From the IMG/VR virus record IMGVR_UViG_3300007747_000100: a stretch of DNA of 6,621 nt. One strand, given 5' to 3'. The notes beneath the pieces are model-generated. The model saw only the letters and a program-made list of their open reading frames with translations. It ran no database searches and had not been told where the DNA came from. This document shows positions 1 through 5,061 of this stretch, piece by piece; position 1 is the stretch's first letter; every line of letters starts with the position of its first letter. The position numbers and the translations under genes are program-made. This DNA is from a virus (Duplodnaviria > Heunggongvirae > Uroviricota > Caudoviricetes).

Positions 1-99
1 CGGAGAGTCAGGGACATTTATGTTCAGGCAGCCCAGCACATGAGGCCAGTTGTTTTCAGACGCACTGATAACCTGACGGATAAGATCAATGTTTCGCAT
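1..99 (-). CDS. hypothetical protein, N-terminal fragment (gene continues beyond window start)
   Basis: ATG at 99..97 with GGGGG about 7 nt upstream; frame open to position 1 (MRNIDLIRQVISASENNWPHVLGCLNINVPDSP...). Start is 12 nt downstream of the stop of the preceding same-strand gene. Too short for the ORF track. Confidence 0.3.
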   Translation of the reverse strand, partial: MRNIDLIRQVISASENNWPHVLGCLNINVPDSP

Positions 100-111
100 T
101 CTGGCCCCCGT

Positions 112-714
112 TTAGTGCGTCACTGGTGCTTCTGGGATGCCGTTTTCGTTTAGTTCGGCAATAAAGCTGTTGTGAAGATCGGCAAGCACTTCTCGCCCAA
201 ACGAAGTGAGTGTTCCCTGTTCGACATCGAACATGTTGCTGTAAAAAATGATGGCATTCTTTGTTCCGACATCAACACCATATTTCTCGATCATTGCGCC
301 CTCAATGTTGTTTGCCATAGCGAGGCGCTCTGCTACTGGATACAGCGGCATGGCGACGATGCCATTGGAATAAACAGAAACCACGGAATGATTGCCACTG
401 TCATCAATAATGCTGACGGTGCCGTTTTCCTTTCTCATTTCATTGATTAATGCTGTTGCTATCAGCCAGCGCCACATAATCACGTGATGCTGTGATGTGT
501 AATCGAAATATCCCTGGTTGCCGCCACTGGCAATAGCGAGATGTATAAACATGCCTTCATCTGGTTTATCGTCATAATCCCCGGCATCCAGACGATTTAC
601 GGCATCAATATATGAGACGGTCTCAACGCGTTCTGTCATGCCATTGTTGCTGCGGTGCATGATGTTTACGCCGTCAGGCGTTGCTTCTGCATGGAAGGTT
701 AAGAAATTATTCAT
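112..714 (-). CDS. hypothetical protein, about 200 aa (track ORF 112..771 trimmed)
   Basis: The track ORF begins at a TTG (771..769). The first ATG with a Shine-Dalgarno (GAGG, 6-nt spacer) is at 714..712, giving MNNFLTF.... This ATG overlaps the stop of the upstream 57-aa ORF as ATGAATAA. Stop TAA at 114..112. No family recognised. Confidence 0.6.
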   Translation of the reverse strand: MNNFLTFHAEATPDGVNIMHRSNNGMTERVETVSYIDAVNRLDAGDYDDKPDEGMFIHLAIASGGNQGYFDYTSQHHVIMWRWLIATALINEMRKENGTVSIIDDSGNHSVVSVYSNGIVAMPLYPVAERLAMANNIEGAMIEKYGVDVGTKNAIIFYSNMFDVEQGTLTSFGREVLADLHNSFIAELNENGIPEAPVTH

Positions 715-880
715 GTTTCGCCTCGCCTGAATGATTCTGTAACTCATAGAGCAGTGACATAACCGCGCCAATCATTAACTTGTCTCTGTTGCTTGGGCTG
801 GCCCCTTCAAGCCAGAACCCTAAAACAGTCTGAACCTGTTCGATGCGACATTGCGCTTCAATGAGCTGGATGTTGGTCAT
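707..880 (-). CDS. small hypothetical protein, 57 aa (not in ORF track)
   Basis: Manual translation of the minus strand: ATG 880..878 overlaps the TGA of the 87-aa gene (ATGA), with GGAG 8 nt upstream. Open frame MTNIQLIEAQCRIEQVQTVLGFWLEGASPSNRDKLMIGAVMSLLYELQNHSGEAKHE to TAA 709..707, which overlaps the next gene's ATG. Fills what would otherwise be a 105-nt gap in a tightly packed operon. Confidence 0.5.
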   Translation of the reverse strand: MTNIQLIEAQCRIEQVQTVLGFWLEGASPSNRDKLMIGAVMSLLYELQNHSGEAKHE

Positions 881-1140
881 TTCGCACTCTCCACATCGAT
901 TAAACTGATATCTATCAGGGAGGTAACTTTTTGTAGCCAGCTATTGATTACTGTCGCCTGTTCCCCTCCCACCGATGGAAGAATCTCATTCATCACATGA
1001 ACCAGACCTGTGCGCGCTCTGGTAAGCCGTTCAGTCGTGCGATCTGCAAGAGTGAATGTGTCTGGATATGGCTCTTCACGGCTCAGCAATGATTCAATTT
1101 CCAGCTCACACGGATGACGATAAATTAAGTTGATATTCAT
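877..1140 (-). CDS. small hypothetical protein, 87 aa
   Basis: Track ORF; ATG 1140..1138 overlaps the upstream stop (ATGA); GGGGGTG upstream; stop TGA 879..877. Confidence 0.6.
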   Translation of the reverse strand: MNINLIYRHPCELEIESLLSREEPYPDTFTLADRTTERLTRARTGLVHVMNEILPSVGGEQATVINSWLQKVTSLIDISLIDVESAK

Positions 1141-1331
1141 TTTTCACCCCCAAGAATTACCAGCTCTGCACGGGCATCGTTAACCAAAGATGAGCACGCT
1201 TTAATCGCATCCACGACATCAGTAGCGTCCATTTCTTCAGCCGAAAGACTGACAGCAACCAGGACAGCCGCTGCTTGCTCGATTAATTGAAGTGCGGACG
1301 TAAGGCGAGGGGTATTAATTGAGTTATTCAT
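1137..1331 (-). CDS. small hypothetical protein, 64 aa
   Basis: Track ORF; ATG 1331..1329 overlaps the stop of the 72-aa gene (ATGAATAA); G-rich tract about 8 nt upstream; stop TGA 1139..1137. Confidence 0.55.
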   Translation of the reverse strand: MNNSINTPRLTSALQLIEQAAAVLVAVSLSAEEMDATDVVDAIKACSSLVNDARAELVILGGEK

Positions 1332-1542
1332 TGGTTGCCCCCGTTTTTACTGGCATTTCGCCACCTTCCAGCAGGAAATGAACGTCACGAACGGCGAGAT
1401 CCAATATCGCGAGTAACGCCTTCAGTCTTTCGTCTCGTGAGGGAGAGTTGCTCACCAGAATGTCGTTAATCACTTCTGTCAGTGTGATGATCTGGCTTGT
1501 GCGTTCGAGGGGATCCATATGCACATCGTAGTTTTTAATCAT
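1324..1542 (-). CDS. small hypothetical protein, 72 aa (C-terminal segment of the 344-aa track ORF, with its own start)
   Basis: In-frame ATG at 1542..1540 preceded by GGAGG (6-nt spacer) and overlapping the TAA of the 1535..1729 ORF (ATGATTAA). Product MIKNYDVHMDPLERTSQ... has normal mixed composition. Stop TAA 1326..1324. Confidence 0.55.
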   Translation of the reverse strand: MIKNYDVHMDPLERTSQIITLTEVINDILVSNSPSRDERLKALLAILDLAVRDVHFLLEGGEMPVKTGATNE

Positions 1543-1729
1543 GTGCCACCTCCATGCGGATACGACCAGCAAAAAAGCAGATGTGATCGCGCACCAGAGA
1601 ACGGCGAGCATCGCGTTCAGACTCGGCAGCAATATGATGAATTTTGGCGGTAATTGTCGGGCAATCGCGGCGAACTGCGGCGATAATCCAGATAAATTGC
1701 GTTTTTTGGGTAGGGGTAGTAGCCAGCAT
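1535..1729 (-). CDS. small hypothetical protein, 64 aa
   Basis: ATG 1729..1727 preceded by a perfect AAGGAGG with 7-nt spacer. Balanced composition (MLATTPTQKTQFIWIIAAVRRDCPTITAKIHHIAAESERDARR...), whereas the alternative frame (the 344-aa track ORF) over the same bases is Leu/Pro/Ala-rich with no acidic residues. Stop TAA overlaps the next start. Confidence 0.55.
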   Translation of the reverse strand: MLATTPTQKTQFIWIIAAVRRDCPTITAKIHHIAAESERDARRSLVRDHICFFAGRIRMEVAHD

Positions 1730-2358
1730 GTGGCAGCCTCCTTCAGATAGCAGGTTACGCTACCACCGGAAACGCCAATTTCGCTGGTGGTAGCCCAGAC
1801 AGGGTTGGCGTAACCGGCTCTGAAGGATACCGGCGCTTCCGAAGAAGCCCCCGCCTGAGCCACCATTGATTGACAAAGGCGCTGGATTATACACCAACGC
1901 CCAAAAAATGGGTGAGTCAGACCTACGACATAAAAAAAGACGCTCGGCGCGTCATATGTCGCCTTCAGAATTTTCAGGACGCCAATCCCGGCACCCGTTT
2001 TATGAGGTGCCTTATAACCATAAACCGTGTTGCCGCATAACGGCAAGCTCTTTTTTATGGACTCCGAAAACTCACTATTGGAAGTAACGTCACGCGCGTG
2101 GACGAAGGTTTTTGTGGAGTCACTACACGAGCAGAGAAAGCCATCTACGACCAGAAATTCTCTGGCATAGCCGCTGACCTTCTCAACGCTAACACCATCG
2201 ACCGTAATTTCTGACATAGTTAAGGCATCCGCTCCTACCACCAGCAAATGATAAACTTTGCTTGTATCTGCTGTATTAATGTCTGACTTTGCTGTCATAT
2301 TGCTGGATTTTGGCGACATACCAGCCAGTGAAAATGTCTTCTTCTGGACGGGTATCAT
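1730..2358 (-). CDS. hypothetical protein, 5' portion of the 344-aa track ORF; 3' end unresolved (possible frameshift/pseudogene or genuine overlap)
   Basis: ATG 2358..2356 overlaps the stop of the 59-aa ORF (ATGA), GGAGG with 7-nt spacer upstream. The frame stays open to 1324, but downstream of about 1730 the evidence favours two separate small genes. The other two minus frames have stops at 1765..1763 and 1757..1755, just upstream of the next gene's RBS. Contains terminator-like hairpins on both strands. Confidence 0.35.
1932..1953 (-). terminator. terminator-like hairpin plus T-run on the minus strand, inside the long ORF
   Basis: On the minus strand: GACGC / GCGTC stem (1939-1953 in plus coordinates) with a 5-nt loop, followed by seven T (plus-strand A-run 1932-1938). 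The same bases encode ...[10 protein letters not shown] in the ORF frame. Confidence 0.3.
2030..2056 (+). terminator. terminator-like hairpin plus T-run on the plus strand, inside the long minus-strand ORF
   Basis: Stem TTGCCG (2030-2035) / CGGCAA (2041-2046), loop CATAA, then GCTC and TTTTTT (2051-2056). Confidence 0.35.
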
Positions 2359-2534
2359 TGGTTAACCTCCGCGAACTCCTTCATGAAACGCGCCAGCGGT
2401 TGTACGCATGGCGATTGATACCCGTCGCGATAAAACGTCACTCGGTTGTGAGACACGCTTTCGACAGTAACGAGTGCTCCGTGGGCATCTTTGTAGCGTT
2501 TTTGTGGTTGTGGTATTCCTGTTGGCTTAGACAT
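2355..2534 (-). CDS. small hypothetical protein, 59 aa (trimmed from track ORF 2355..2621)
   Basis: Internal ATG at 2534..2532 preceded by GGAGG (6-nt spacer) and overlapping the TAA of the AntA-like gene by 8 nt. The track's longer N-terminal extension would lie out of frame inside that gene. Stop TGA 2357..2355. Confidence 0.5.
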   Translation of the reverse strand: MSKPTGIPQPQKRYKDAHGALVTVESVSHNRVTFYRDGYQSPCVQPLARFMKEFAEVNQ

Positions 2535-3360
2535 TGAGCGCCTCCAGACGCTTGGCGAGCCAGCGTTGCGACAGGTGGGTGAGTTCTCCTTTGCGCTGCT
2601 CATATTCCATGCCCATATCAATTAACGTGATATTGGTGCTTTCGAGATATGAGAGGTGCTCAAGCTGTTCTGCGTTCATATGGTCGCGAGGTTCGCCAGA
2701 ATAGCCATTTATCCGCGCCCACTGCTTAGCAGTTAGCCCACCAAGAACGATACGAGAAATCATATTGCTCTCGTTTGTGTAGTGGTGTTGCTGCGTCGTT
2801 TTCCCCTGCTCGGCACGGGCCATGTTCAGCGCATCGCACATTGGCTTAAAGTTGTTTGCGGCACTGATACGGGCTTTTAGCTGGCGACGATAGCGGGCGG
2901 CGATTTCAGGCACGGTACGCTGTAATTCTTCCTCGCACTGGATGAAATAACGACGGATAGCGCGACCCTGATCATTGCGTTCGATCATTGCCAGTTCTTT
3001 CGCCATTCCGACACTTAACAGATAGTCTTTGCCGGGTCTGCCAGAGTGCTTAATCTTGCTGTAAGCCGCGCCATTCGGGCTTTTCCCCAAATTTGGGGAA
3101 ATTGTTTTATGGACTGAGTAATCGTGCCCAATGGTGAAGTCATATTCAGAGATGCGATCAGTGATCCATGTAGAGAAGTCTTTTCCCACGCCCAACGCTT
3201 TGTGTAACGCTTTTGCGCTAACAATATTGGTTTCACGCCCACCTATATGACCAGAAATAACCGGGACAATTGCGGCAAATTCATTACCGTTAATTGTGCC
3301 CAGAGAGGCGTTCAGATGAGGGGCGGCCTCAGAAATTAATCTGCTTTTTTCGATGTTCAT
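2527..3360 (-). CDS. putative phage antirepressor-like protein (AntA-type N-terminal domain), 277 aa
   Basis: Track ORF; ATG 3360 with GGAG (7-nt spacer). The N-terminal region (...NIVSAKALHKALGVGKDFSTWITDRISEYDFTIGHDY...) resembles the AntA/antirepressor domain as I recall it; this is a family-level call from memory, not a search result. Confidence 0.6.
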   Translation of the reverse strand: MNIEKSRLISEAAPHLNASLGTINGNEFAAIVPVISGHIGGRETNIVSAKALHKALGVGKDFSTWITDRISEYDFTIGHDYSVHKTISPNLGKSPNGAAYSKIKHSGRPGKDYLLSVGMAKELAMIERNDQGRAIRRYFIQCEEELQRTVPEIAARYRRQLKARISAANNFKPMCDALNMARAEQGKTTQQHHYTNESNMISRIVLGGLTAKQWARINGYSGEPRDHMNAEQLEHLSYLESTNITLIDMGMEYEQRKGELTHLSQRWLAKRLEALNV

Positions 3361-3372
3361 TTTTAGTCTCCG

Positions 3373-3678
3373 TTAGGCGGCGTTAAACGCGTCCGGGTAG
3401 AGTTTCAGAATGTCGGCAATTTCCTGCTGAGAAAGTCCGTTGTGATCATTTATGTTCGCAAGATGGTTAACATGAGTGATCACTTTCAGAACATCACCAC
3501 GGCAGGAGAAACGGTAGCGAAGGTGTGTTCCGATACCATCAGGATTCTTTTCGTCGATACGCTCCAGAGTGATTCCAAGCTGGCGTTCTAACTCTGTTGC
3601 ATAGTTACGACCAGAAGACAGACGGCAGTAGCGAAGAATGTCATTTTCTGTCCATCCCTCTATACCAGTACGCAGCAT
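3373..3678 (-). CDS. hypothetical protein, 101 aa
   Basis: Track ORF; ATG 3678, weak AAGAG upstream; 12-nt gap to the next gene; same strand and operon context as alpA. No family recognised. Confidence 0.6.
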   Translation of the reverse strand: MLRTGIEGWTENDILRYCRLSSGRNYATELERQLGITLERIDEKNPDGIGTHLRYRFSCRGDVLKVITHVNHLANINDHNGLSQQEIADILKLYPDAFNAA

Positions 3679-3690
3679 ATAGACTCTTAG

Positions 3691-3716
3691 CCGCCTGTAA
3701 TGGGCGGTTTTTCTTT
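3691..3716 (+). terminator. hairpin plus T-tract in the alpA-to-101-aa intergenic gap, terminator-like on the plus (antisense) strand
   Basis: CCGCC (3691-3695) / GGCGG (3702-3706) stem with a 7-nt loop, followed by TTTTTCTTTT (3707-3716). On the coding (minus) strand there is no U-run after the hairpin. Confidence 0.3.
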
Positions 3717-3720
3717 TCCA

Positions 3721-3939
3721 TCAGGCCACCTTCCCGCGGCGTTCTGCCAGCCAGTTATTAATTTCCACCGCATCAAACGCAGTCACGTTATCTGTTAGCT
3801 TCACTGGGCGTGGAAGAGTGCCATTTTTAACCCATCTATCAATAGTAGGCAGTGAAACACCTAGCAATTCCGGCATGCGAAAGCGACGGATGTATCCAGT
3901 TGTTGGGATAGCTGATGATGCTGGCTTGTGTGCTGTCAT
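3721..3939 (-). CDS. alpA: AlpA/Vis-family phage transcriptional regulator / excisionase-like HTH protein, 72 aa (start uncertain)
   Basis: Segment RMPELLGVSLPTIDRWVKNGTLPRPVKL matches the characteristic AlpA-family helix-turn-helix pattern (recalled family knowledge, so the symbol is family-level). The ATG at 3939 has only a weak SD and the 5' end carries TGATAGCT-type motifs, so the true start could be further downstream (e.g. Met22). Confidence 0.75.
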   Translation of the reverse strand: MTAHKPASSAIPTTGYIRRFRMPELLGVSLPTIDRWVKNGTLPRPVKLTDNVTAFDAVEINNWLAERRGKVA

Positions 3940-3956
3940 ATCTCTAGTAACCTCTC

Positions 3957-3969
3957 TGATAGCTCATGA
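3957..3969 (+). repeat. 13-mer TGATAGCTCATGA, copy 1 (alpA leader / 5' end)
   Basis: Exact 13-bp match to 6435-6447; contains the recurrent oriented 8-mer TGATAGCT. Confidence 0.5.
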
Positions 3970-4020
3970 AGTTACTTAAAGTTTAGTGGTTGCCCATACA
4001 GTATTTCTATTAAGACTAGA

Positions 4021-4052
4021 ATCTATTGAAAGAAATTATAAATCTATTGAAA
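4021..4052. promoter_or_regulatory. operator-like direct repeats ATCTATTGAAA (x2, 21 bp apart) flanking a minus-strand TATAAT; candidate promoter/operator of the alpA operon
   Basis: ATCTATTGAAA at 4021-4031 and 4042-4052. Between them the minus strand reads TATAAT (plus coordinates 4035-4040). No convincing -35 found; the A/T-rich upstream could act as an UP element. About 95 nt upstream of the alpA ATG. Confidence 0.3.
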
Positions 4053-4230
4053 AAATACCGATCCACTGAAAGATTGCAAATACAGGTGGGATAATTATTT
4101 TCTTTATTTTCAATTAGTTACCAGTTTAAAAAATCATTGTTTTATCAAAGAGTTATATCTTTCATCGTCATTCATCATGTTTTTACATTTCTTTTTATCT
4201 TTTATTATTCAATTGGTTGAGTCGGTTTAT

Positions 4231-4270
4231 AATGGCTCATGATGGCTTAAAATGGCTAATGATAGCTGGC
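4231..4270 (+). repeat. four tandem 10-bp repeats (aATGGCTcat / gATGGCTtaa / aATGGCTaat / gATAGCTggc), helically phased
   Basis: Direct reading: core (A/G)AT(G/A)GCT begins at 4231, 4241, 4251 and 4261, exactly 10 bp apart, in the AT-rich region between the 216-aa gene and alpA. Confidence 0.6.
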
Positions 4271-4410
4271 GTATCTTTTAGAGATGGGGTGATTACAGAT
4301 GAACTAAGCCGAACAGATATAGCAATGGCTAGGCATAGAATTATCTATGCTGGTGGAGATGGGTAAACAGGTAATGCCCCGCCATTGCTTTGGAGGGGCG
4401 TGAAAAGTGA

Positions 4411-5061
4411 TTAGTCGAGATCGTGGACAGCTAATAAAGCCCGTGAGATTTTTTCTAGGAATGTGGCTTTTGCTATTCCTTTATGGGATATCCCTTCATC
4501 CTTGATTAAGGTTTCTATGTCACGGTATATAGCTGTGCGATTAGGTTTCCCATTTTGGATGTAGGAAGATGAGCCTGATTTTTTTATCAGCAGATGTACT
4601 ATCAACCCCATCATTTTCATTGTCCCGTTTTCCTCATCCTGCTTTCTATGCTGCCCACGTCCGCTGCGGTTGGTTTCTTTGATGTAGTTTACTAACTGGA
4701 GTCCTCCAAGGTTTCGGGCTTTTTCTTCCCAGCCCTTGGTGCCACGCAAATCATCAATCGCTTCTGATATTTTCTGAACAATTATTTCTGGTGTATTTGT
4801 GTCAATAAATGGGTAAGAAGCTAAGAAAATATCAAGGGCATGGCAAGGCTCGTCTTTACTAGTTTTTTCACCTCTGTACACCTTGATAGCTCTGGCAAGA
4901 TGAGTTCTGACAAAATCGACATATTCGAAATTTTCCTCAGGCACATCGCTAATGCGCATAGATGGGTTTAGGCCAGCCAAGGCCACAGCCATTTCATGAG
5001 GGGTAATCGATACAGATGAACAAAGCCGTTCGATTGGCGATTTTCTCAAGATGTTGTTCAC
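4411..5061 (-). CDS. hypothetical protein, 216 aa, unknown function; integrase-coupled accessory gene
   Basis: GTG start 5061..5059 overlaps the integrase stop (GTGA) and is preceded by GGAGG with a 5-nt spacer. Long open frame, and visibly more AT-rich than the integrase gene by eye. No conserved motif recognised (no Walker A, no clear transmembrane segment). Confidence 0.7.
   Translation of the reverse strand: MNNILRKSPIERLCSSVSITPHEMAVALAGLNPSMRISDVPEENFEYVDFVRTHLARAIKVYRGEKTSKDEPCHALDIFLASYPFIDTNTPEIIVQKISEAIDDLRGTKGWEEKARNLGGLQLVNYIKETNRSGRGQHRKQDEENGTMKMMGLIVHLLIKKSGSSSYIQNGKPNRTAIYRDIETLIKDEGISHKGIAKATFLEKISRALLAVHDLD

Noticed and set aside
172-450. Plus-strand 92-aa track ORF
   Set aside because: Lies entirely antisense within the well-supported minus-strand gene 112..714; no RBS or operon context; most likely a shadow ORF.
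715-771. TTG-initiated extension of the 219-aa track ORF
   Set aside because: Non-ATG start without an RBS; this stretch is better explained as the 3' end of the 57-aa coupled ORF (707..880), with the downstream gene starting at ATG 714.
1541-2087. Plus-strand track ORFs 1541..1750 (69 aa) and 1866..2087 (73 aa, Lys/Arg-rich)
   Set aside because: Antisense to the coupled minus-strand genes; the second reads straight through the plus-strand terminator-like hairpin; composition is atypical. Treated as shadow ORFs, though a plus-strand non-coding RNA here is kept as a separate finding.
1324-2358. Single 344-aa protein
   Set aside because: A second frame with a perfect RBS and protein-like composition occupies 1535..1729, and the last 72 codons have their own RBS and ATG; treated as composite pending resequencing or orthologue comparison.
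2289-2537. Plus-strand 82-aa track ORF
   Set aside because: Antisense across two coupled minus-strand genes and their overlap; no supporting signals.
2535-2621. N-terminal extension of track ORF 2355..2621 (88 aa)
   Set aside because: The extension overlaps the 3' end of the AntA-like gene out of frame; an internal ATG at 2534 with GGAGG gives a cleaner, coupled 59-aa gene.
3015-3242. Minus-strand 75-aa ORF nested in the AntA-like gene
   Set aside because: Alternative frame wholly inside a 277-aa gene that has a recognisable domain; no independent RBS noted.
4232-4366. Plus-strand 44-codon ORF (MAHDGLKWLMIAGVSFRDG...) in the AT-rich region
   Set aside because: It is generated largely by the 10-bp tandem repeat itself (ATGGCT units supply the ATG and codons) and has no convincing RBS; more likely a by-product of the repeat than a gene.
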